A stretch of DNA of 64,000 bases from an uncultured Nitrospirales bacterium (GTDB lineage Bacteria; Hydrogenedentota; Hydrogenedentia; Hydrogenedentales; SCBR16-9). Location: the NCBI GenBank assembly GCA_964537975.1, contig CAZIDP010000010.1:39433-103432 (forward strand), in the 5' to 3' direction. The notes under the pieces are model-generated. The model had not been told where the DNA came from. It searched no databases and saw only the letters and a program-made list of their open reading frames with translations. Below, piece by piece: positions 1 through 9,189 of this stretch (positions are counted from its first letter, which is position 1; each line of letters begins with the position of its first letter). A program made the position numbers and the translations under genes.

Positions 1-255
1 TCCAGTCATAACAATGGACACCAAGTCCGGCTTCATCAGGTGTGCTTCATGAATCAGAGCGATCCCATCCATTTCCGGCATCATGAGATCGGTGAACAAT
101 AGCGAAAACTCCATATCACCTTGGAGTTTCTCAATCGCTTCCACTCCGTTTCCAGCTACATCAACGGTATAACCTTCATCAGATAAAATACTGGAAAGCA
201 GTTCACGTATAACGACTTCGTCGTCAACAACAAGAATACGGCATTTGTTTGCCAT
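1..255 (-). CDS. Response regulator, receiver domain (partial, runs off window start)
   Basis: Manual translation from ATG at 255: MANKCRILVVDDEVVIRELL...LLFTDLMMPEMDG...SIVMTG; GGAGG RBS upstream. Confidence 0.9.
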   Translation of the reverse strand, partial: MANKCRILVVDDEVVIRELLSSILSDEGYTVDVAGNGVEAIEKLQGDMEFSLLFTDLMMPEMDGIALIHEAHLMKPDLVSIVMTG

Positions 256-306
256 CAAATTGCACTACCTCCAAAAAAAACCTGTTCATGCTCAACTCTA
301 ACATAT

Positions 307-1716
307 TTATTGCATTTTGTCATGTTTTTTTGGTGTCCAGTTTGGTGTAAGTCGTTCCCGAGCATTCTGTAAAGCCTGGAGCACCTGCGATGGTGCCGTT
401 CCACCTATGTGATTTCGTCGTGAAACCAATGTTTCCGGTTCCAAAAATGCATGGATATCTTCTTCGAACTTCGGGCTGAAACGCTGGTATTCTTCCAGGG
501 ATAATGCTGGCAAGGTTGTTTCTGTTGCAAGACAATGTCGAACAATCCGTCCAACAATGCCGTGTGCTTCACGAAAGGGAACTCCCTTCGTAACCAGATA
601 ATCTGCCAAGTCTGTTGCTTCCATGAATCCTGCACGCGTGGCGTCAGCCATCACCTCCCGGTTGAAAGTTATAGCCGGAATCATTCGACCATAGACTTCC
701 AGGCACAACTGCGTTGTGTCGCTCGCATCGAAAAGTGGCTCTTTATCTTCCTGCAAGTCTCGGTTATACGTCATTGGCAACCCCTTCATCAGCACTAAAA
801 GCGCAGTCAGGTCACCATATACCCTGCCTGTCTTACCACGAACCAACTCGGCTACATCGGGGTTCTTTTTTTGGGGCATAATACTGGAACCAGTTGTAAA
901 TGCATCGCCAATTTCTATGAAACCGAATTGCGGACAGGACCAGAGAATCAACTCCTCACTGAAACGTGACAGATGCATCATCACCAAGGCACAATCCGAA
1001 ACAAACTCTACGAGGTGGTCACGGTCACTTACAGCATCCATACTATTTCGGGTTACCCCGTCAAATTCAAGGATTTCTGCAACCAAGTTACGGTCAATCG
1101 GGTATGGTGTACCCGCCAAAGCTGCTGAGCCCAAGGGCAAGATGTTCACACGATTTCGCAATTCACTAAACCGTGCCGCATCACGTTGAAACATTTCCGT
1201 ATAGGCCAGTAAATGGTGTGCTAAAAGTACAGGTTGTGCAGGTTGTAGATGGGTGTAACCCGGTAAAATAACATCCAGATGCTCCTCCGAGCATTCAATT
1301 AACACCAACTGTAAATGACCCAGCAATAAGAGGATGGTATCGATTTGATCACGCATCCAAAGCCGAATGTCTGTTGCAATCTGATCATTACGGCTTCGAC
1401 CGGTATGCAGTCTTTTTCCCGCATCACCAATTTTCTCCACCAATGCCGCTTCAATGTTCGTGTGAACATCTTCAAGCGCAGGATTCCACTTCAATAAACC
1501 AGAAGCTATGTCTTCCAGGACAGAAGCCAGACCAACACAGATTTTATCGGCATCTTCCTCAGATATAATACCGCATTTGCCCAACATCTGGGCATGTGCC
1601 AGACTACCCTGGATATCCCAAGTCGCTAACCTTGCATCAAACGAAACCGATTCACCCAGCGTTTCAACAAGCGAGTCTGTGGCTCCTTCAAACCGGCCAC
1701 CCCACAATTTGCTCAT
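307..1716 (-). CDS. argH: Argininosuccinate lyase
   Basis: LWGGRF N-terminus, HTGRSRNDQ, GSSIMPQKKNPD, YNRDLQEDKE motifs. Confidence 0.98.
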   Translation of the reverse strand: MSKLWGGRFEGATDSLVETLGESVSFDARLATWDIQGSLAHAQMLGKCGIISEEDADKICVGLASVLEDIASGLLKWNPALEDVHTNIEAALVEKIGDAGKRLHTGRSRNDQIATDIRLWMRDQIDTILLLLGHLQLVLIECSEEHLDVILPGYTHLQPAQPVLLAHHLLAYTEMFQRDAARFSELRNRVNILPLGSAALAGTPYPIDRNLVAEILEFDGVTRNSMDAVSDRDHLVEFVSDCALVMMHLSRFSEELILWSCPQFGFIEIGDAFTTGSSIMPQKKNPDVAELVRGKTGRVYGDLTALLVLMKGLPMTYNRDLQEDKEPLFDASDTTQLCLEVYGRMIPAITFNREVMADATRAGFMEATDLADYLVTKGVPFREAHGIVGRIVRHCLATETTLPALSLEEYQRFSPKFEEDIHAFLEPETLVSRRNHIGGTAPSQVLQALQNARERLTPNWTPKKHDKMQ

Positions 1717-2421
1717 TCCAACCCCTTCTAGAAACCCAGCATAAGTCCATTTTGTACAAATAATAATAAATGTATAAATTCTATTTAGATATCTTCATGC
1801 AACAAATACACGACGTATAGCGATAGTTGCACTATAGCAGAACTCTGAGATGATATTAACAATGCCTAAAAGATAACTTTTTGTTCATACTTGAATGATA
1901 CCTTATTTTGGCACAACTTTGCTAAATCATACCAGAGAATCAAAAAAATAATGATGGATTATGTGATTATTGCGAACATAACAAAATAATTATAGCAATA
2001 ATATAAATATTCCTTTTCCGATCAAAGAAATAAAACCAATAAAATATAGCTATAGAAATGGCGTGGTACTGTCCAACTCAAACGATTATAGCGTATAACA
2101 CGACCCCGTGCAGTTGAGACAACAATGCCAGATTTTAAAAAGAGGAAGGGAATTGCAACTAAAAAACCGTATTCATGTACATAACAACATTACGAGACAG
2201 CACCTTGAGTTTTATACGGCTAGTTTTCGATATCGATCAGCTATATTTCAATTTGTATTATTGGAAACTTACAATGAAATACACGCACATAAGAACTCAC
2301 ACATAGGAACACACAAACCTAAACGATTATAATAAAAAAGTCCCAAACAACATAGACAATGTGCAATATATCTTATCCAAATTATCTGATAGATTGGGAC
2401 TTCTGTGGTACTCACCAGAAA

Positions 2422-3519
2422 TTACTTTAAAAGCGCTTCGACCACTTTGTCGCCAAAGGCAGCCGTCTCCATAATCGTCAATTTTCCTTCGGGGTCTCGC
2501 AAATCGGCTGTTGTAATTCCTGCACCGAATACCTGCCGCATGGCATCCCAGACAGCGCGTGCTTCATGCTTCATACCAAAACTTTTATCCAGCATCATTG
2601 CCACTGAACCCAGCATACTGTACGGGTTGGCGATGCCTTTACCCGCAATATCCGGTGCGGAACCATGAGACGGCTCATAATAAGCTTTATCCGGACCTAC
2701 GCAGGCAGAGGGCATCAGTCCCAGTGAACCCAATATCCCACCACCCAGATCGCTCAGGATGTCACCAAACATATTTTCCATCACCATGACATCGAACTGT
2801 CGTGGGTTTATCACCAATGCTGTTGCCGCGGCATCGACGATGATGTGCTTTACTGTCACCTCCGGGTATTCGATTGCGACTTCTTCGAGAACTTCATTCC
2901 AAAGAACACTGGACTTCAAAACATTGCTTTTGTGTACATTGTGCAACAATTTTTTCCGATCCATGGCTTCTTTGAATGCAACGTGCATTATTTCTTTGAT
3001 CTGGTCTTCATCGTATTCCAGGTGTTCAACGACAAATCGTTTTCCGTTTTCATTTACTCCCTGAATTTTTTTACCAAAGTATAGTCCACCCACCAGTTCA
3101 CGGATCATCATAATGTCGATCCCACCTTCAACCACATGGGACTTCAATGGTGAGAAATGGGCAAGTTCCGGGGGAAGGTAAACCGGTCGGAAATTGGCAA
3201 AAGTATTGTAGCGTTTACGAAGTGGAAGCAAAGCACCGCGTTCGGGTTGCTCATCGACAGGAATCTTGCGCGATTCTTCAAAACTCAACCCGATAGGACC
3301 TTTTAGAATGGCGTCAGCCCTGTCACATATTGATTTGGTTTCTTCTGGGAAAGCATGTCCATGCTTAAAATAAGCATTACCACCAAAATCACCATGCTGT
3401 ATATCAAAACGGGCTTCTGAAACGGATTCAACTGCACGCAGTACTTTTTCTGCTTCCAGCGCCAATTCCGGACCAATACCATCGCCCGCTAAGAGAGCTA
3501 TTGTGTATTTCTTTTTCAT
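2422..3519 (-). CDS. leuB: 3-isopropylmalate dehydrogenase
   Basis: GDGIGPE, LLPLRK..NTFANFRP, NMFGDILSD, EPSHGSAPDIAGKGIANP; ATG at 3519 with GAGG RBS. Confidence 0.93.
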   Translation of the reverse strand: MKKKYTIALLAGDGIGPELALEAEKVLRAVESVSEARFDIQHGDFGGNAYFKHGHAFPEETKSICDRADAILKGPIGLSFEESRKIPVDEQPERGALLPLRKRYNTFANFRPVYLPPELAHFSPLKSHVVEGGIDIMMIRELVGGLYFGKKIQGVNENGKRFVVEHLEYDEDQIKEIMHVAFKEAMDRKKLLHNVHKSNVLKSSVLWNEVLEEVAIEYPEVTVKHIIVDAAATALVINPRQFDVMVMENMFGDILSDLGGGILGSLGLMPSACVGPDKAYYEPSHGSAPDIAGKGIANPYSMLGSVAMMLDKSFGMKHEARAVWDAMRQVFGAGITTADLRDPEGKLTIMETAAFGDKVVEALLK

Positions 3520-4023
3520 TCGTATCCTCACTACTGTATTGAAGCCTCATTAACATTTTTCAAAGCACAAGACGCGTACAAGTCCCAACCTTTTCCGGCT
3601 AAGCCTGGCTCTCACACCATGCCACTCGTAAAGATTTATATACCGGAATGCATACGCAAACGACACGTTAAGGCATCTGGAGTAACGCTATCAGGCAAAA
3701 AATAGTTTCTGCCCAATAATGGTTGGAAGGGGATTCACCGTCAAAATCAGTACACAATAATAGCATAAAAAACTGCTATTTTTCATATCATCCTGAACAC
3801 AAGCTGCCGCAACCATAAATATGCCCTATAATATAATTGAGACAAAAAAATAGCTGACAACTGCTTCTTCGCTGTCTTATCTCGTGAATATACATTGGAA
3901 TTGGTTTCACAATCATATAAACTTAGCAAGTTCGGAGGTTACAGGTTTGTCGTACTATATAATGCTTGTATCTGTTGAACACTAGGTGCTATCGGAATTC
4001 TGAAAGTAAGGAGGAAGTTTCTG

Positions 4024-7000
4024 ATGACAAGTTTTTTACTGATGACGTCAATCATTCTGGGAGCTGCAACATCATTGACTCCGGTAACAGGATGGAATTT
4101 TCTTGAAGCGGGTAACCATGAAGGTTGGGCCCCAAATCAATTCATTACAGATGTACGCATTGAAGAAGGCATTCTTTCAGGATATACAAACGGGCATGAT
4201 GCATTCTTCCTTAACCGCAGTGTGTCTTTTTCCGCGTCGCCATTTTACTATGTCCAGATTCGAATTCGAGCGGACAGGGGCGGCATGGGCAAATTGTATT
4301 GGTCTGAAGCGCTTGAAGGGCAATATGGCGGATTGACCGAGGCGCAAACCGTGCAATTCAATCTTGCTGGTACAGGAGAGTGGGAAGTGATAACGTTGTT
4401 TCCGTATTGGCACACGGTCAACACGATCCAACAGTTACGTTTAAATATTCCATATGGCGCACAGTTTGAGATAGACGCCATTGAAGTGTACGACCTGAGA
4501 GAAGTGACTGGTGACGGCGAGGCAGGCCAGACCGCCTGGGAGACTTCAGACATCACAACCTGGTGGCAATCACCGGACGGTCGTGTTCTAATGGCTCCTC
4601 CTTTTCCAACAGACTCTCCGGATCCAGGCTGGAACGAGCGTTTCGGCAATCTGGATGTAGACAACCTGTCCTGGGCAACACTACAAATACAATCAGAGTA
4701 TGATGGTCTTGCCGCGATAGTGTGGGCTTCCATGCATTCTCATGGTCTGAAACGCGAATACTTTCCTGTACGTGCCGGAGAGACCTCGAACATCTATGTT
4801 GTCGAGTTGGCAGAGCTAACCGGTTGGGAAACTCCGGTGATTGCTTTGGGTGTGCAGTTGCCCGGAGATGGTCAGGCCAGCTTGCAATCTGTGCAACTCG
4901 GTGCAGAACCCACAGGCCCTGCTCAACTTGAGGTTTCCTATTTCGGATTTGAAAACATGCCAAACCGTATTGGCATGGACGCTTCTATCCTGTTGCGCAT
5001 TGAAAACCATGGCGGTAGTGCGGCAGGAATAGACCATTTTGAGTTTATAACACCAGACGGTCTGGAAGTGGTCTCAGCACCGGACTCAACCATAGTGGCC
5101 CCTGTGAAATATGGTGAATTCATTGATTTGCTGTGGACGGTTCGGGCTGACGAAAACAAGACCCATACAGCCGATTTAATCGGCAATCATCAAATCGACC
5201 TGACTGACCTGTTGCACCTGGTTTCATTGTACAACGCGGGTGATTTCCATTGTGTACAGCATGCACATTACACATCATATCACCCCGGGCTTGGTAATAA
5301 TGCCTGCCTCCCACATCACAGTGATTATAACCCGACCGACTGGCAGATCAACATGGCGGAATTACTACGCCTGGTACAATTCTACAATGCAGGTGCCTAC
5401 CACGCACGTTTCGAAACAGAAGATGGTTTCGCACCAGGCGCCGCCAGCGAAAAAGAATTCAACCGTGACAATCAGGTATTTGAAGTAGAAGTTCGATTTA
5501 CTGGTGACGATGCACCGACTTCTGCAATAACTTCTCTGACATTTACACCGTCATTAAACCTGCCCGTGGCAGACTATGTGCCAGAGCCGCAACCAATAGA
5601 GACAGAGCTGGACATTGCTGCTTACTATTTTCCAGGCTGGGACACCATCGCCAAGTGGCGTCCGATTCATTTAACAGCCCCTATACGCAAACCTGTACTT
5701 GGATATTATGACGAAAGCAATCCAGAAGTTGTAGATTGGCAGATTAAGTGGGCTGTTGAAAATGGTATATCGACTTTTCTCGTAGACTGGTACTGGGTCG
5801 ATGGGTCTCGGCATCTGGAGCACTGGTTTGATGCGTACCGACAAGCCCGCTACCGCGACCATCTCGAGGTTGCGATAATGTGGGCCAATCACAATCCTCC
5901 GGGCACGCATTCACACGAAGATTGGGTGCGTGTAACAGAACACTGGATCGAGCATTATTTTTCACTGGACTCCTACTATCACATTGATGGAATGCCTGCG
6001 GTGTTCATTTGGGACCCACGTGGCATACGCAATGATCTGGGCAGTTCAGAAGCTGTACGTGCCGCATTTGATGAATCACAACGCCTGGCACAAGAAGCTG
6101 GATATGCAGGGATTTATTACGCAGCCCTGTTCGGTCATGAATCCAGTGATCTCGTTGCGATGCTCGAAGCGGAAGGCTATTCCGGAACCACCACCTATCA
6201 TGAATGGGGTGATGTAACTGGACAACAGACACAATTTCGGCGTGAGGATTTTGAAGAAGTAGTACAAACGACACCAAAGCATTGGCTTGAAAAATTACAA
6301 CGCTCCCTGCCGTTAGAATACTTCCCGGTAGCCACCACCGGATGGGACTCCCGGCCCTGGCACGGTACGCAGTCACTTGTGATTGCTGGACGCACACCAG
6401 AACGCTTTGAGCGACTCCTGAGAAATGTCCAGACATTTTGTGCCGATCACCAGAAAGAGCTGCTGGTCATTGGTCCGATGAATGAATGGGGTGAGGGCAG
6501 TTATATCGAACCAGCCACAGAATATGGGTTTGAAATGTACGAAGCCATTCGTGATGTCTTTGGCATTGGAAGTCCGGAAACATGGCCTGTGAATGTAGCA
6601 CCTGTAGACGTGGGCTTGGGCCCCTATGATTTCCCACCACTCATACCCAGATCACATTGGGATTTTATTGATGGCACCCAGAGCTGGACACCCATGATGG
6701 GTATAGGAGATTTTCGGCATGAGAATCAAAGTTTGCGTTTCCGCAGCATGACCCCTGATCCTGCCTTTACCATAGATTTTGCTCCATTACGCGCTGATGA
6801 TTTTGACTTCATGGAAGTTCGCATGCGGGTTGTCGGCAACAATCCCGGTGCCGGACAACTTTTCTGGTCATCCAATGGTCGTGCCATAACGGAAAGTACC
6901 AGCGTTCGATTTACACTCGCTACAGACGGATTAACACACACATACCGGGTTAGTCTTGCGGAGCATGCCCGTTGGCGTGGCCAGATCACCGGACTACGCT

Positions 7001-7074
7001 TCGATCCCTGCACCGTCAGCAATATCGACGTGACGATAGAGGACTTTCGTCTGGTGCCTGCGGGTGAGGAATAG
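4024..7074 (+). CDS. Secreted multidomain GH99-like/WbsX-family glycoside hydrolase with CBM-like modules and an internal dockerin/EF-hand-like repeat
   Basis: Signal peptide; AAYYFPGW, PVLGYYDE, WQIKWA, GWDSRPW, NEWGEGSYIEP motifs; AGGAGG RBS. Confidence 0.75.
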   Translation: MTSFLLMTSIILGAATSLTPVTGWNFLEAGNHEGWAPNQFITDVRIEEGILSGYTNGHDAFFLNRSVSFSASPFYYVQIRIRADRGGMGKLYWSEALEGQYGGLTEAQTVQFNLAGTGEWEVITLFPYWHTVNTIQQLRLNIPYGAQFEIDAIEVYDLREVTGDGEAGQTAWETSDITTWWQSPDGRVLMAPPFPTDSPDPGWNERFGNLDVDNLSWATLQIQSEYDGLAAIVWASMHSHGLKREYFPVRAGETSNIYVVELAELTGWETPVIALGVQLPGDGQASLQSVQLGAEPTGPAQLEVSYFGFENMPNRIGMDASILLRIENHGGSAAGIDHFEFITPDGLEVVSAPDSTIVAPVKYGEFIDLLWTVRADENKTHTADLIGNHQIDLTDLLHLVSLYNAGDFHCVQHAHYTSYHPGLGNNACLPHHSDYNPTDWQINMAELLRLVQFYNAGAYHARFETEDGFAPGAASEKEFNRDNQVFEVEVRFTGDDAPTSAITSLTFTPSLNLPVADYVPEPQPIETELDIAAYYFPGWDTIAKWRPIHLTAPIRKPVLGYYDESNPEVVDWQIKWAVENGISTFLVDWYWVDGSRHLEHWFDAYRQARYRDHLEVAIMWANHNPPGTHSHEDWVRVTEHWIEHYFSLDSYYHIDGMPAVFIWDPRGIRNDLGSSEAVRAAFDESQRLAQEAGYAGIYYAALFGHESSDLVAMLEAEGYSGTTTYHEWGDVTGQQTQFRREDFEEVVQTTPKHWLEKLQRSLPLEYFPVATTGWDSRPWHGTQSLVIAGRTPERFERLLRNVQTFCADHQKELLVIGPMNEWGEGSYIEPATEYGFEMYEAIRDVFGIGSPETWPVNVAPVDVGLGPYDFPPLIPRSHWDFIDGTQSWTPMMGIGDFRHENQSLRFRSMTPDPAFTIDFAPLRADDFDFMEVRMRVVGNNPGAGQLFWSSNGRAITESTSVRFTLATDGLTHTYRVSLAEHARWRGQITGLRFDPCTVSNIDVTIEDFRLVPAGEE

Positions 7075-7102
7075 CAAAGCAACAATGATGTCATGACTTT
7101 TT

Positions 7103-7133
7103 CGGAAGCAGATCACACAATGGTTTGCTTCCG
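7103..7133 (+). terminator. Stem-loop after GH99-like gene
   Basis: CGGAAGCAGA...TTTGCTTCCG inverted repeat. Confidence 0.5.
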
Positions 7134-7396
7134 GCAATTCATATTATTTTCAATTGCTGTTATAATTAAAACTGATGGCTGGATTATGTTCGATTACGGG
7201 TTCTGCAAAAGCTATGATGCATATTAACCGGTAGATGTGAAATATCATGCCATTACTCGATTTGGTTGAAGGCATTGCTTCATTTTGATGGAAATAAAAT
7301 AATATAAAAAACTCAATTGAAACGTCATTATATCTATAATTTTGTTAAACTATATGTATTGTAATTATATATTTGGCTTAAAAGGATAGTAAGAAC

Positions 7397-8398
7397 ATGT
7401 ATCCTCAGCGAAAGCACCTTTACATCAAATTAGAAGAAATGCGTAAGTCAAAAGTTCTAGTGTATGTTACAGGTGATCGCCAACAACTAGAAACAAAAAT
7501 CGGTGCAGATGTCTTTGATATTTTTACGCACCATCTTGATCAAATTTATAAGCATGAACGAATCTCATTATATTTATATACACGTGGTGGAGATACATTA
7601 GCTGCTTGGAGCCTTGTCAATTTAATTCGTCAATTCACAGATTTTCTGGAAGTTATAGTACCATCCAAAGCGCTGAGTGCGGGAACATTAATGTCACTAG
7701 GCGCTAACTCCATAATCATGACCAAACAAGCAACACTTGGTCCGATAGATCCTTCAGTCAATACACCTTTAAATCCTCAAGTACCCGATGCGATTCCAAA
7801 TGCTAGAATTCCAGTAAGTGTAGAAGATTTGAATGCATTCACTGAGTATTGTCAGCAAACGCTAGGTCAACATGCGAGCGAGAAAGAATTCATTTTGTTA
7901 TTGTCCGAGAAAATACATCCCCTGGTATTAGGTAAAGCGTATCGTGCTAGAAGTCAGATTAGGATGCTGGCAAAAAGGCTGTTAAGTAATCAAAGTCATG
8001 CTCCAGATAAACTCGATAACTTGCTAAGTTTTCTTTGTAGCGAGTCAGGCAGCCACGATTATACTATCAACAGACGGGAAGCACACGATGAATTGGGGCT
8101 GCCAATCGAGAAACCAGACGATGCGCTATATAGAATAATAAAAGAGATATATGATGATATAGCTGGTGAATTAGAACTTTCAACCCCGTTTCAACCCAAT
8201 AACATCCTGGCAAAACAAAACGCTGTTGAATATAATTTACCCAGAGCACTTGTTGAAAGTGTTGATGGTGGTTCGCATTGTTTTTGCAGTAAAGGTATAC
8301 TGACAAAAACACAATTAAAAAATGATTCCGGTATACTCCAAAACGCAATATATGACAATCGCGTTTTTGAAGGATGGGAACAACAAAATGAGCATTAG
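7397..8398 (+). CDS. SDH-family (Ser-Asp-His) ClpP-fold serine protease
   Basis: LYTRGG, ALSAGTLMSLGA (Ser), LGPIDP (Asp), GSHDYTI (His). Confidence 0.85.
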   Translation: MYPQRKHLYIKLEEMRKSKVLVYVTGDRQQLETKIGADVFDIFTHHLDQIYKHERISLYLYTRGGDTLAAWSLVNLIRQFTDFLEVIVPSKALSAGTLMSLGANSIIMTKQATLGPIDPSVNTPLNPQVPDAIPNARIPVSVEDLNAFTEYCQQTLGQHASEKEFILLLSEKIHPLVLGKAYRARSQIRMLAKRLLSNQSHAPDKLDNLLSFLCSESGSHDYTINRREAHDELGLPIEKPDDALYRIIKEIYDDIAGELELSTPFQPNNILAKQNAVEYNLPRALVESVDGGSHCFCSKGILTKTQLKNDSGILQNAIYDNRVFEGWEQQNEH

Positions 8399-8726
8399 AG
8401 AAGAGAAAAAACTACAAAATCCAAGCAATTTCAGCACTACCTCAGACGCTCAGATAGGGTCAAAATCCAGTACTGCTGATAATAATACTCATTCATCATA
8501 TATCATGGAGCGCATTACCAGACTGGAAGGCCCAATTGCGATTATTGAGGACATCCATAGAACACATCAGGCAAAAGAAAACAAAGAGGTAAATACCTCT
8601 ACACCAGAACAACATCAAATTTCCAAATTTTCATCTCACAGGCTTGACAGCAACAAGACATTAGATGATGCCATATGTTACGTAATCAATAAGCGTTTTG
8701 AAGTGCTACAACAGCTTGCTGAATAA
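8388..8726 (+). CDS. Probable antitoxin (diverged AbrB/MazE-like) for the downstream Doc toxin
   Basis: Overlaps protease end; TAATG coupling to doc; C-terminus 'DDAICYVINKRFEVLQQLAE' resembles Doc-antidote tails; alternative start at 8505. Confidence 0.6.
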   Translation: MSIREEKKLQNPSNFSTTSDAQIGSKSSTADNNTHSSYIMERITRLEGPIAIIEDIHRTHQAKENKEVNTSTPEQHQISKFSSHRLDSNKTLDDAICYVINKRFEVLQQLAE

Positions 8727-9127
8727 TGACTTCTGTCATCTATCTTACTGTAGAAGATATATTGAAAATTTACCGACATTCAATGTTCAAGTTTGGTGGA
8801 GAGGCTGGTATTTTAGATAATAAGCTACTGGAGTCTGCTGTTGCCATGCCACAATCAACGTATGACGGTATAGAACTTCATATCGGTATATCTGAAAAGG
8901 CTGCTGCGTATCATTATCATTTATGCTCAAATCATCCATTCATTGACGGCAACAAGCGTATTGCTCTCGCCGCTGCAGAAGTTTTTTTACTCCTGAATGG
9001 TTATGAACTCGATGCAAGTGACAATGAAGTATTAAATCTTACGCTTGGTGTAGCAAATGGAGAACTTTCTAAAGCACAGGTCATTGCATTTTTCAAACAA
9101 CATGTTATTGATAGAAATACTGATTAA
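8726..9127 (+). CDS. doc: Doc (death-on-curing) family type II toxin
   Basis: HPFIDGNKR motif, GILDNKLLESAVAMP, EKAAAY; 133 aa. Confidence 0.92.
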   Translation: MTSVIYLTVEDILKIYRHSMFKFGGEAGILDNKLLESAVAMPQSTYDGIELHIGISEKAAAYHYHLCSNHPFIDGNKRIALAAAEVFLLLNGYELDASDNEVLNLTLGVANGELSKAQVIAFFKQHVIDRNTD

Positions 9128-9189
9128 ATCTGGAAATAACATGTAAATTAAAAATTCGACAGATCTGGTTAATAAGCTTATGTGCAAAA

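Noticed and set aside
1908-1923. Sigma-54-like TTGGCACAACTTTGCT in the argH-leuB intergenic region
   Set aside because: GG-GC spacing is one base short and no credible + strand gene follows
2108-2332. 74-aa ORF between argH and leuB
   Set aside because: AT-rich, no RBS, no recognisable motif; likely spurious
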